The notes under the pieces: generated by a model | The model's database searches: none | What the model saw: only the letters and a program-made list of their open reading frames with translations | Told to the model about the DNA's origin: nothing | Virus record (IMG/VR): IMGVR_UViG_3300027858_000004 | Span: 64,001-128,000 of that record | Origin: a virus | Taxonomy: Duplodnaviria > Caudoviricetes | Strand: one strand, 5' to 3' | Length of the DNA: 64,000 bases | Program-made: the position numbers and the translations under genes | Part shown: one piece after another, positions 10,998 to 19,685 of the stretch | Layout of the letters: each line of letters starts with the position of its first letter | How positions within the stretch are numbered: position 1 is the first letter of the stretch

Positions 10998-11035
10998 TAC
11001 TCGACTTTTATTAAGAGAAGAAAAGGGGATTAAAA

Positions 11036-11395
11036 ATGAAGAGAATAGAAAAAGAAAGCATGGGATTCGCTGATGGCATGTTATATGGAATGGGATTCCC
11101 AAATACAGGCTTTAAACAGGTCGATTGGATAAGAGCAAAAGAGATAATAGAAGTTCATAAGAAGGATATCGTTTCAGTGAGTGCAGGATTAGCAGAAGAT
11201 TGGGACTATACATCTGGCGAAGTATGGAATAGTGTAGAGGGCTATATTAAACAAGAAGACACATATGTTTATGCCTGTAGTAAATGGGCAACACCTGCAT
11301 TAGAAATTGAATATAAAGATGGCACTGAAAAAACAATTGAATGCTGGATAGATGGAGATGACTCTAGCAGCTATTTTGACCTGTCGGATATATAA
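11036..11395 (+). CDS. hypothetical protein
   Basis: ORF with RBS. Confidence 0.75.
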   Translation: MKRIEKESMGFADGMLYGMGFPNTGFKQVDWIRAKEIIEVHKKDIVSVSAGLAEDWDYTSGEVWNSVEGYIKQEDTYVYACSKWATPALEIEYKDGTEKTIECWIDGDDSSSYFDLSDI

Positions 11396-11406
11396 GGAGA
11401 GATAAC

Positions 11407-11745
11407 TTGGAAATACTATCTACAACAACACACATGGGAGAATATATTTTCTATATTCTCTTTGCTTCTCTGATGTCATTAGTGCTTTTAATAGCGACCG
11501 TTGCTGGTTTTGTTGAGATATTCCATTATAAGAACCGAGATAAAGAAACTATTCTCGTAACGTTGGGAATATTAATATTTACACTATTAATTATGACAAA
11601 TGGCGCATTCATTATTAAAGATGGAGCAATAGTAACGCATGAAGCAAAGGTTACTGATTGGAACGAAGTTTACGAACAAGACTATAAAGTAGTTAAACAA
11701 AAAGGCGAATTAATAACAATACAATCAAACAAATGGGGGAAATAA
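11407..11745 (+). CDS. membrane protein
   Basis: two TM segments, RBS. Confidence 0.7.
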   Translation: MEILSTTTHMGEYIFYILFASLMSLVLLIATVAGFVEIFHYKNRDKETILVTLGILIFTLLIMTNGAFIIKDGAIVTHEAKVTDWNEVYEQDYKVVKQKGELITIQSNKWGK

Positions 11746-11746
11746 C

Positions 11747-12103
11747 ATGAATCAAATATCAAATGAAGCATTAGAATTTTTAGAATATGCAAAAAAGGAA
11801 TTCACAGACAATCCAAAGTGGTCAACAACCAGAGATGGTCAGTTTATTGGACTTCGAGGCGGCTTCAGAGAAGATTGCATTACGGTTTATGAGCTGGGAA
11901 ATGAGGTAGGACAATTCACTGAGGTTCTACCAAGACAACACCTAACTTTTGTTGAGTATGATGAGTTAGTTAAATATAAAGACCTTGTTGATAGAATTAA
12001 GCGTACCCTTGAAGTTAGAAGCATATTTGAAGTGAGTGCTTATGACGAAGCACTAAATGTCATTTTAGAAGAGCTAAATAAAATTAACTTGGAAACAAAA
12101 TAA
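11747..12103 (+). CDS. hypothetical protein
   Basis: ORF with RBS. Confidence 0.7.
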   Translation: MNQISNEALEFLEYAKKEFTDNPKWSTTRDGQFIGLRGGFREDCITVYELGNEVGQFTEVLPRQHLTFVEYDELVKYKDLVDRIKRTLEVRSIFEVSAYDEALNVILEELNKINLETK

Positions 12104-12123
12104 TATTATTGGAGGACACCCCA

Positions 12124-12579
12124 TTGATTAGAATTCTTAGTGGAGACCTATTAGAAGCAGAAGAGGATGTTATTGTACATCAAGTTAATTGTCAATCTAG
12201 ATTTGGCTCAGGCATTGCCTTACAGGTTAGAAATAGATATCCTTCTGCATATAAAGATTATATGGACTTCTCATCAGGTAAAAGACCAATTGATTTACTG
12301 GGGAAAGTAGTGTTGTCTCCGATGCCCAATCACAGATTTATTGCACATCTGTTTGGTCAGTTGAATTATGGATATGAGAAGAGAAAATACACTAGTTATG
12401 ATGCCCTTTTTGATGGATTAACCTATATTAAAAACTCAGCTAAAAAGGCAGGAAAGTCTATAGCCATCCCATATAGATTAGGTTCCGATAGAGGTGGAGC
12501 CAATTGGGAAATAGTATATAAAATTATTGGAGATGTGTTTTTCGATTACGATGTAACCATCTATAGGTTGGAGGCGTAA
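12124..12579 (+). CDS. macro domain protein (Poa1p/DarG-like ADP-ribose hydrolase)
   Basis: GDLL..IVHQVNC...GSGIA and IAIPY.LG..RGG.NW motifs; TTG start after GGAGG. Confidence 0.85.
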   Translation: MIRILSGDLLEAEEDVIVHQVNCQSRFGSGIALQVRNRYPSAYKDYMDFSSGKRPIDLLGKVVLSPMPNHRFIAHLFGQLNYGYEKRKYTSYDALFDGLTYIKNSAKKAGKSIAIPYRLGSDRGGANWEIVYKIIGDVFFDYDVTIYRLEA

Positions 12580-12580
12580 G

Positions 12581-12946
12581 ATGAATAAATTAGAATCCCT
12601 AGAAAAACTTTTGGAAACAATAGAAACAAAGGACAAGCTTGTCACTGGAAACTACTGTAGAGGTGAGAACAATTGCGTCATTGGACATCTCCTTAAGATT
12701 GGGAATGTCTCACAAGAGCAGCTAATCAAAATTGACAAGGGTGTTTACGGACATAGTTATGCAATTGGCACTATCTTGAGAGACGGCAAGCTAGATTTCG
12801 TTAATGATAGTTTGGTATCATTAGGTTTTGCTATTGAGTCGGATATAGATATTTTAGAAGGTTTACAGTTAGTTAATGATTATCAGGGTACTAAAGAGGT
12901 AAAAAAACATCTTAAAGTAATAATTCAAAGACTAAAAGAAGAATAA
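12581..12946 (+). CDS. hypothetical protein
   Basis: ORF with RBS. Confidence 0.7.
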   Translation: MNKLESLEKLLETIETKDKLVTGNYCRGENNCVIGHLLKIGNVSQEQLIKIDKGVYGHSYAIGTILRDGKLDFVNDSLVSLGFAIESDIDILEGLQLVNDYQGTKEVKKHLKVIIQRLKEE

Positions 12947-12970
12947 ACGCAAGAATATCAGGTTTTAACT

Positions 12971-13044
12971 AAAGTTTGTGAAATTCAATTGACGCAATTC
13001 CCTATACAATGGGCATTTCAATTTTGGATTTCACAAACTTTTTT
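12971..13044 (+). ncRNA. long hairpin/terminator with conserved apical motif (copy A)
   Basis: 18-bp stem with one G-U pair, core CCCTATACAATGGG, T-tract. Confidence 0.55.
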
Positions 13045-13091
13045 CATTAAAATTGGGATTTTATTAATTTATAAATATCATAAACTATGTA

Positions 13092-13120
13092 TTGACAAAT
13101 GATGTGAAGTAGTGTAATAT
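13092..13120 (+). promoter_or_regulatory. sigA-type promoter
   Basis: TTGACA-17bp-TAATAT. Confidence 0.7.
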
Positions 13121-13152
13121 AATAATTAGATAAGACGAAGGGAGATGTGGAG

Positions 13153-13320
13153 ATGATTCCTAAAGTAGAAAGAATATATCGGACTAACAATAGTCCAAAG
13201 CATACACAGCAGGAGCTTAAAAACTTAGAGAGAAATATTAAACCCAGAGAAGTGCAAGAATCAAAATTTATAATCATGGAGAGCTATCTAGACAGTTTGA
13301 TTTCAGAAGGAATATGCTAA
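13153..13320 (+). CDS. small hypothetical protein (55 aa, not in ORF track)
   Basis: RBS plus MIPKVERIYRTNN... read by hand. Confidence 0.55.
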   Translation: MIPKVERIYRTNNSPKHTQQELKNLERNIKPREVQESKFIIMESYLDSLISEGIC

Positions 13321-13350
13321 ATTAAAAACTATTTAATTTAAATTAATGAG

Positions 13351-13605
13351 GTGGAAAAAGTGATTCCAAATGAACCAATTACACTTGAAAAGTTAAAAAA
13401 GCTAATTGAGGATATGGCTCCCTATGGAAATAATTACACCAAAGTGAAAATGAATGAAAGATATTTTAATCACTTGATATTAACTGGGGTTGCTACTGGT
13501 ATCAGAGATAAAAGAACACGACCTATTTTCATAGGAGTGCCGATTGAATTTGATAATAGTATAGAAACATTTAAGTTTATAAAAGAAGGGGAGAATGAAG
13601 AGTGA
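13351..13605 (+). CDS. hypothetical protein
   Basis: ORF track. Confidence 0.65.
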   Translation: MEKVIPNEPITLEKLKKLIEDMAPYGNNYTKVKMNERYFNHLILTGVATGIRDKRTRPIFIGVPIEFDNSIETFKFIKEGENEE

Positions 13606-14006
13606 GCGAAAAACTATCAGAAAAGATATGGGAACAGTCATCTGAATGGATTGACCAAATTGGAGTAGTAATTGGAGGCTTAGCAAAGCAGCTTGGTGTG
13701 GCAACAGAGCATGTCTACACTGTTTACACTAAGCAAGTATTTTTTGAGGGAGTTATATATGCATCTGCAACAGCATTTTTCCTATTAGTTTTGATATTAG
13801 GCAATATTATTACATGGTTTGTAACTAGAAATTCTTATGGAGAAGAAAAATGGGTAGCAAGAATAATAGCAGCAGTTGTTTTGCTGTTCGTTGGTAGTCT
13901 TATTACGTTTGAAGTCTTAGTTCCAAATCTATTAAAAGCTTTCAATCCAGAATATTACACAATTAAAACGATAGTAGACCAAATAGGAAGTATGTTGAAC
14001 AAATAA
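13602..14006 (+). CDS. membrane protein
   Basis: LA.QLGVA.EHVY motif, TM segments, NPEYY motif. Confidence 0.75.
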   Translation: MSEKLSEKIWEQSSEWIDQIGVVIGGLAKQLGVATEHVYTVYTKQVFFEGVIYASATAFFLLVLILGNIITWFVTRNSYGEEKWVARIIAAVVLLFVGSLITFEVLVPNLLKAFNPEYYTIKTIVDQIGSMLNK

Positions 14007-14037
14007 TAAAATGAATTTAAAAAGGAGATAACTTACA

Positions 14038-14198
14038 ATGACGGGTATTTATATTTTAGTAGTGATAATTCTCAATGTCGTAGAAAAAGTTCCACAAGCG
14101 GTAGAAGGAGTTAATACAGTTATAAACGCAAATTTAAGCGGGGAAAAAATGTTTTGGATTGGCTTTTTGATTGCAGTTGTTCTAGATATGATTTTTGA
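14038..14198 (+). CDS. small membrane protein
   Basis: AAGGAG RBS, hydrophobic ORF read by hand. Confidence 0.45.
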
Positions 14199-14230
14199 CT
14201 AAGAAAAATAGATTGAGAGGTAACATAAAT

Positions 14231-14431
14231 ATGAAGCGTTCACTAGTTATTTTGCACAATGATGATACGGAGCCAATTGAATTGGAACTAAAAAAAGCAA
14301 CACAAGTTAAATCAGAGAGTGAATTTATTTATTTCGAAAAGATAAATGATGAGTGGAGACTAACATTTAGTACCTCTGCTATAGAAGATTTTTCCAAAGT
14401 CGATTGCTTACAGATTTTAAGAAATGATTAA
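14231..14431 (+). CDS. hypothetical protein
   Basis: GAGG RBS before ATG 14231. Confidence 0.7.
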   Translation: MKRSLVILHNDDTEPIELELKKATQVKSESEFIYFEKINDEWRLTFSTSAIEDFSKVDCLQILRND

Positions 14432-14445
14432 AGAGGGAGAAAAAC

Positions 14446-15090
14446 ATGGCTGAAATTAATTTAATTGATGAAAAAACTGATTTATCACAGCTTAAAAAAC
14501 CTTATGGATGGGATTTAGAAGTAAAAGGTGTGCCATATGATATTTATCGTATAGAAGGATATAACCATACCATCGGTGGGAAATGGGGAGAAAACTGCTT
14601 TTGGGCTTGCCCATCAGGTGAAAAGCCTTCATTTGAAAATCTCATAGAGTTCAATGGAGATGCACCTACTTGGGGGATATCCTTTGAGCGAGTTAATTAT
14701 ATAAAGAGCAAATGGAATGAAACCTCTGTGGAAACTAGTGGAGATTGCTGGATAACACGTAATGGGAAGAAGTTTTATCACATTTCTGGTAGAAGTATGG
14801 ATTATGCATTGGCTAAAGCGCAGCATTTATTGGTTCAACTTTTAGAAGAATGTCCACTTTATCTATCTGATAGAAATTGGAAAGAACAGGCTATTGGACG
14901 TAAGATTTGGTATGAAAATCAGCCCGCTATTATAACTAGTATTACTAGTGGAAACGAATTGTGGATAGAACCTGATGGCATTCCTTGCTTTAAAGCGCCC
15001 CCTCACTGGGACGACATGGACTATGATGATTATGCAGATGGGCTACGAGTAGGGTTATTATCGCCTGATATTTATTGGTATAGAAATTAG
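14446..15090 (+). CDS. hypothetical Trp-rich phage protein
   Basis: long ORF with RBS. Confidence 0.8.
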   Translation: MAEINLIDEKTDLSQLKKPYGWDLEVKGVPYDIYRIEGYNHTIGGKWGENCFWACPSGEKPSFENLIEFNGDAPTWGISFERVNYIKSKWNETSVETSGDCWITRNGKKFYHISGRSMDYALAKAQHLLVQLLEECPLYLSDRNWKEQAIGRKIWYENQPAIITSITSGNELWIEPDGIPCFKAPPHWDDMDYDDYADGLRVGLLSPDIYWYRN

Positions 15091-15128
15091 TAATATCAGG
15101 ATATTATTAAAAAGGGGAGAACAGATTA

Positions 15129-15647
15129 ATGAATATAATATACTTAATATTAGCAGTTATATTAGTGGTAACTTTAGTAATTTTTATATCTTCAAGTCTT
15201 TATTGGAAGATGATAGATTTAGAAGATTTGGCATCATCATTCGGAATTGGGATTATTGTAGGGGCTATAGCTGCTTTACTTATACTAATTTATGGATTTA
15301 CTGCTGATGGAAAATTATATAAAAGTGAAACGTATGAAATTTCAGCTATTAAAGACAATTCAAATGTATCAGGAAATAGTTTCATAGGAACAGGCTACGT
15401 TAATGAAAGCCAATATTATTTCTATATTCTAGAAACTAAAAAAGGCAAGAAAATGCACAAAGTCCATATTGGTGATGCCTATTTAAATGAAGGTGATTAC
15501 ACTCCTTATGTAGATGTGTACGATTATAAGTATAATAGTAAATTCGCTCAATGGTTATATGGTAAAAACAAATACGATGATTATGAATTTGTATTCTTCA
15601 TACCTGAAGATACTGTCACAACCGAATTTAATGTAGATATGGAGTAA
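15129..15647 (+). CDS. membrane protein
   Basis: two N-terminal TM segments. Confidence 0.75.
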   Translation: MNIIYLILAVILVVTLVIFISSSLYWKMIDLEDLASSFGIGIIVGAIAALLILIYGFTADGKLYKSETYEISAIKDNSNVSGNSFIGTGYVNESQYYFYILETKKGKKMHKVHIGDAYLNEGDYTPYVDVYDYKYNSKFAQWLYGKNKYDDYEFVFFIPEDTVTTEFNVDME

Positions 15648-15667
15648 TAAATAGGAGGAAACATTCA

Positions 15668-15865
15668 ATGGAAACAGTAACGCTATGGGATAAATTAAAA
15701 CTACAAATTGATAACTTAGAATTAATGCATGAGCAACATAAAGCAGGACAAGATGTTAGCACTTCAGTATATTGGCAAGTTGAATACATTCATGAGATTT
15801 TAAGTAGTTTAGAGGATAAATTAGGGGCAAGTAAAATACGTGGCGAATATATTGATTTAGATTAA
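15668..15865 (+). CDS. hypothetical protein
   Basis: AGGAGG RBS. Confidence 0.7.
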   Translation: METVTLWDKLKLQIDNLELMHEQHKAGQDVSTSVYWQVEYIHEILSSLEDKLGASKIRGEYIDLD

Positions 15866-15899
15866 TATTCGGTAATAGCTATGAAAGGGGGACTAGCAA

Positions 15900-16331
15900 A
15901 TGAGCAACACGATGAGTCTAAAAGGTGGATTAAATATGTATGCAGGATTTGGTGAAAGATACGAATCAGATATACCACCTGAAGGAAGAAAAGTATTTTA
16001 TATGCAAAAGAATGGATTTGACCATCATCAGGAACATGCTAATAAATACTTTAAGAAGAACGATGTGCTTACTATTAAAGAAATATATGTAGGAAGAAGC
16101 AGCTCTGAAGTGGAGTTCGTTGAACATCCTAATCAGAAATTTAATACTGTTATGTTTGCAGATTTTGAGATAGGTGGTTATGTAGATAGCAGTGACGGTA
16201 TCCTTGCGATGCTTCACCTTCACCATGATTTTGTTTTACCGAAGAATGATGCTAGAAGAATTTCAAATGCTCATATAAATCGAATAGCTGAAACTCTTAA
16301 AAACTTAGATACACAGGAAAAGATAGATTAA
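15900..16331 (+). CDS. hypothetical protein
   Basis: ORF with RBS. Confidence 0.7.
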   Translation: MSNTMSLKGGLNMYAGFGERYESDIPPEGRKVFYMQKNGFDHHQEHANKYFKKNDVLTIKEIYVGRSSSEVEFVEHPNQKFNTVMFADFEIGGYVDSSDGILAMLHLHHDFVLPKNDARRISNAHINRIAETLKNLDTQEKID

Positions 16332-16379
16332 TAAAAGCAACCTATTATTAAAAATAAATATATAAATGGAGGAGACAGA

Positions 16380-16556
16380 ATGAATACCACACGACATATA
16401 GAATCGATAAATGGTCAGCCGCATGTAAAAAGAATATCAATAGAATTAAGACCAGATGAGGTTAAAGAACTAATAGACGCATTAAAAAATACGCATAATA
16501 GCATTCTAATTAAAAATATAGTTTTTGATTTGACAGGTCAATTATCATATTGTTAA
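16380..16556 (+). CDS. small hypothetical protein (58 aa)
   Basis: GGAGG RBS; fills the interval between sites 16331 and 16563. Confidence 0.6.
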   Translation: MNTTRHIESINGQPHVKRISIELRPDEVKELIDALKNTHNSILIKNIVFDLTGQLSYC

Positions 16557-16614
16557 TAGTTAATAAAATTAGGTTATTATTAAAAACTATTTAAACTAAA
16601 ATGGAGGAATTAGA

Positions 16615-16902
16615 ATGGGTAAATTAATATTAGGGATTATCGGTGTCATTGCAGGTATAGCTTTAGGATTGTACGTTGGAGTGTATCTGCTTTTAATAGG
16701 TGGAATTATGGGACTCGTTGAAGTAGTAAATGTTATGACCGATGGTGGAGCAGCAGATGGTGGACTAATTGCTTGGAGCGTTGTGAAGATGTTGTTCTCA
16801 GGTGTTGCTGGGAGTATTTCAGCTTATGTATTAGTTCTACCTTCATTAGCTTTAATGAGCGTGAACCTTGGTCACACATCAAAACGCAAGAAGCGTATAT
16901 AA
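16615..16902 (+). CDS. membrane protein
   Basis: Gly-rich TM helices. Confidence 0.75.
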   Translation: MGKLILGIIGVIAGIALGLYVGVYLLLIGGIMGLVEVVNVMTDGGAADGGLIAWSVVKMLFSGVAGSISAYVLVLPSLALMSVNLGHTSKRKKRI

Positions 16903-16917
16903 GAGGGAGAGATAAAT

Positions 16918-17124
16918 ATGAAAACAATTGAAGAAGCGATTCTAGAATTAAGAGGGTGTGGGGCTGCCATCCAAATTACTATTGATTGGGATAAGAGTCC
17001 AACTGTTCATGTATTTGATAGAAATGGAAAACTACATCAAACTAGTGGAATGGATGTTCTAACAGCGTTGCAATCTATGACACTGAAATTAATCCAACAG
17101 AACAATGAGGGGGAAAACAATTGA
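16918..17124 (+). CDS. hypothetical protein
   Basis: ORF with RBS. Confidence 0.65.
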   Translation: MKTIEEAILELRGCGAAIQITIDWDKSPTVHVFDRNGKLHQTSGMDVLTALQSMTLKLIQQNNEGENN

Positions 17125-17306
17125 TATCTGTTGGTACTGAAATATCTGAAACAGAAAAGTGTGGAAGTTGTCGCTCTAAAGATAGGGTTGTTAGAGTTGA
17201 AATTGGCAATGGGAATTATATATCCTTCTTCCACTTGTGCAGTCAATGCTCTAAAGAATTGCATACAAAATTGGAAGAGTCGAAGTCTACTATTGAAGGA
17301 GAGTAA
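17121..17306 (+). CDS. small zinc-finger protein
   Basis: CGSC...CSQC. Confidence 0.65.
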   Translation: MISVGTEISETEKCGSCRSKDRVVRVEIGNGNYISFFHLCSQCSKELHTKLEESKSTIEGE

Positions 17307-17313
17307 TAATAAT

Positions 17314-17505
17314 ATGAAAAACATATGGACGGCTACAGCACCACTTAGACGAAGTGATTTAGAATATTATGGTTTCACATTTTCTGCAAAAGAATTGAAA
17401 ACACCCACACTAGAACATTATTTCAAAAGTGTTCATATAAATCTATTTGCACATGGAACGTTAATGAGGGCAAGACATAGGCTGGGACTACCTATATACA
17501 ACTAA
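17314..17505 (+). CDS. hypothetical protein
   Basis: AAGGAG RBS before ATG 17314. Confidence 0.6.
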   Translation: MKNIWTATAPLRRSDLEYYGFTFSAKELKTPTLEHYFKSVHINLFAHGTLMRARHRLGLPIYN

Positions 17506-17775
17506 AGGGAGGAAATAGAATATGAAAGTTAAAAAGACACTTCATGAGGTCTATAGTGAGATAGTTAGATTAAGGGAGCAAAGAGACATGATGGGACAGG
17601 TCGCTACAGAAAGACCAGTATCATGCAAATATCATCACCTTTAATAATAGGGGGGATGATAATTAATAATCCTCTATCTTATTTCTTTGTAAGATTATAT
17701 GTAAGAAAACACATTAAAAACAATGTAAAGATAAAACGTGTAGAAAATAAGTGGAGATAAGAAGGGGGAATTACA

Positions 17776-18051
17776 ATGAGTAAAACAAAGGTATTATTAG
17801 CATATGGTGACGGTGACTACGGTGCAATGGACTTTGAGGAAAAGTTTAAAGTAAAAGATGTCTACGCAGAAATGTTAGAAAATAATGTAACTGAAATAGA
17901 CCTTATTCACGATTGTGGATATGGGGATGAAGAGATACATGTGACTCTCCATGAGTTTGCAGAGGTAGACCCAGAGTTTGTAGGATTTATATTTGAAGAG
18001 TTTATGGAATACGATAATTCAAAAGCTAAATGCTTTTATATTGTAGATTAG
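17776..18051 (+). CDS. hypothetical acidic protein
   Basis: ORF with RBS. Confidence 0.7.
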   Translation: MSKTKVLLAYGDGDYGAMDFEEKFKVKDVYAEMLENNVTEIDLIHDCGYGDEEIHVTLHEFAEVDPEFVGFIFEEFMEYDNSKAKCFYIVD

Positions 18052-18061
18052 GAGTGAGAAC

Positions 18062-18304
18062 ATGAAAAAATTAACATTACAATTGGAAAATATCGAAGGT
18101 GTAATAGAGCAAGAGAGTCAAATCAGTATGGGTGACAATGACATTTTAGTTATGCAGTATCCAGAAAGAATGACTCTAGCAGAGGCTTATGAGTCTTTTG
18201 AAATTTTAGAGAATTCATTTATAAACAATGTGAGTGTAATAGCAATGCCTTCTGACTTAACATTTAAGGTAATTAAAAACAAAAGGAGTGAAAAAGATGA
18301 TTAA
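18062..18304 (+). CDS. hypothetical protein
   Basis: ORF with RBS. Confidence 0.7.
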   Translation: MKKLTLQLENIEGVIEQESQISMGDNDILVMQYPERMTLAEAYESFEILENSFINNVSVIAMPSDLTFKVIKNKRSEKDD

Positions 18305-18482
18305 TGCACTACTATACGTTAACTATGTAAGACATGTTAGTATTTTTCTAAAGTCTTCACCAAGCGTAGGAGAACATATTTCTATTGAAGACAAAGCATA
18401 CAAAATAGAAAAAATAGTACACCATGAGTTGGATGCCAGTAAATTTGATTTAGAGCTTTATGTGGTAAGCGAAGATTATTAA
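18288..18482 (+). CDS. hypothetical protein
   Basis: ORF track. Confidence 0.6.
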   Translation: MKKMINALLYVNYVRHVSIFLKSSPSVGEHISIEDKAYKIEKIVHHELDASKFDLELYVVSEDY

Positions 18483-18513
18483 TAATATTTCCATTTTATA
18501 CAGGAGGTAAGTA

Positions 18514-18672
18514 ATGAATAAAGAATTAGATAAGGCTTTTGAAAGCTTACAAGATAATATGGTTAAGCAAGCTTTGATATATAAAGATACAAAGTTAGAC
18601 CCATTCTATCGTTTTGTAATAGGTAAAATGGATTTTAAAGAATGTGTAGATAAGGTTGCGAAAAACATTTGA
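18514..18672 (+). CDS. small hypothetical protein (52 aa)
   Basis: AGGAGG RBS; fills the interval between sites 18482 and 18672. Confidence 0.6.
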   Translation: MNKELDKAFESLQDNMVKQALIYKDTKLDPFYRFVIGKMDFKECVDKVAKNI

Positions 18673-18706
18673 TAAAATGCGAGATTTATAAAGGAGGAAT
18701 ATATAA

Positions 18707-19147
18707 GTGCAAGTTTATACAGATGAATTTATTGAAGCAATGGAGAAAATTGAAAATAACGTAGAGAAAGCAATATCAGATTGGATTAATAAAATAAATT
18801 TAGATTCCATGATAGAGTCTAGAAATATTTTAATTGGAGATAGCAATGAGTTTTTAAATGGATTTTTTGTCAACGCTAAAACACATAAAATAGATATTTC
18901 AAATGAAATTAATCTAGGAAGAAGAAATTCAATCGATGACATTAGCAAAGCGGTATGTAAAAAAGCTTTAAATGACTTACAAGAATTGATTGAAAAAAAG
19001 ATTGAAGAGTCTACCATTCCTGTCAATAGAGCTAGAGATGTAAGAAAGATTATAAAAGTTGCATACGAAGGGGCTCTAATTGAGTTAAACAGTCTAACTC
19101 TATGCTTAAAAATTGGCATCGAAGAATATAAGAAAACAAAAGATTGA
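18707..19147 (+). CDS. hypothetical protein
   Basis: AAGGAGG RBS. Confidence 0.7.
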   Translation: MQVYTDEFIEAMEKIENNVEKAISDWINKINLDSMIESRNILIGDSNEFLNGFFVNAKTHKIDISNEINLGRRNSIDDISKAVCKKALNDLQELIEKKIEESTIPVNRARDVRKIIKVAYEGALIELNSLTLCLKIGIEEYKKTKD

Positions 19148-19177
19148 CTAATGCGAATTTGATAAAGGAGGATTAAC

Positions 19178-19381
19178 ATGGAAGAGTCAAAATGGGCGAT
19201 TGTTGACAAGAAAACAGGCAAGTTCTTAGTAAGTAAGCTTTATACTCATAGAGGTACTGCACTGAATATCCTTAATAAAGGGCATTTCTATATCCCTGAT
19301 TTACATGAGCCTGTTGTAGTTGGCTTAAATCAGGCTTTAGGGTTAGCGTTAGCAAAAGCACAAACAGAAGTGAGAGATTAA
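19178..19381 (+). CDS. hypothetical protein (paralog of the next gene)
   Basis: K.TG..L..K.Y.H.GTA...N.G...IP...EPVV motif. Confidence 0.75.
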   Translation: MEESKWAIVDKKTGKFLVSKLYTHRGTALNILNKGHFYIPDLHEPVVVGLNQALGLALAKAQTEVRD

Positions 19382-19406
19382 TAAAACTTCTATTTTATAA
19401 GGGGAT

Positions 19407-19685
19407 ATGACTATGGGATTTATAATAATAAATAAAATTACAGGAGAGCTATTAACTCTGAAAATATATAAACACGAAGGTACAGCAAAACATCAGATAA
19501 ATAGAGGAATATATCATATTCCAAATAAGCAGGAACCAGTTGTAATTCCAATGCCAAGTACACATACAATGAAGGAAGTTGCGAATGGTGCATCATATAG
19601 CACAATTAAGTATGCTGGAAAGCTTCCATTGAGACCGCTTGAGTTTGATGAATGTCTTTGCACAGAGGAGGAAAACAATGAATAA
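19407..19685 (+). CDS. hypothetical protein (paralog of the previous gene)
   Basis: same motif as 19178..19381. Confidence 0.75.
   Translation: MTMGFIIINKITGELLTLKIYKHEGTAKHQINRGIYHIPNKQEPVVIPMPSTHTMKEVANGASYSTIKYAGKLPLRPLEFDECLCTEEENNE

Larger units (their letters stand above)
10994..19398. repeat. dispersed ATAAAA-N6-TTTTAT inverted-arm sites at gene boundaries (10994, 12952, 13047, 15090, 16331, 16563, 18482, 18672, 19146, 19381)
   Basis: 18-bp sites overlapping or adjacent to stop codons, read directly from the sequence. Confidence 0.75.

Noticed and set aside
12971-13044. Solitary CRISPR repeat (RNA anti-CRISPR) because of ATTGAAAT on the minus strand
   Set aside because: The remaining sequence does not resemble a repeat I recognise, and copies B and C lack this octamer within the hairpin.
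14003-15879. Additional weak N6 sites at 14003, 14197 and 15862 (also 28914)
   Set aside because: Only one good arm in very AT-rich sequence; cannot be distinguished from chance by eye.
10994-19398. CRISPR array
   Set aside because: The repeats are 18-bp degenerate sites separated by whole genes, not constant repeats with 30-40-bp spacers; no cas genes.
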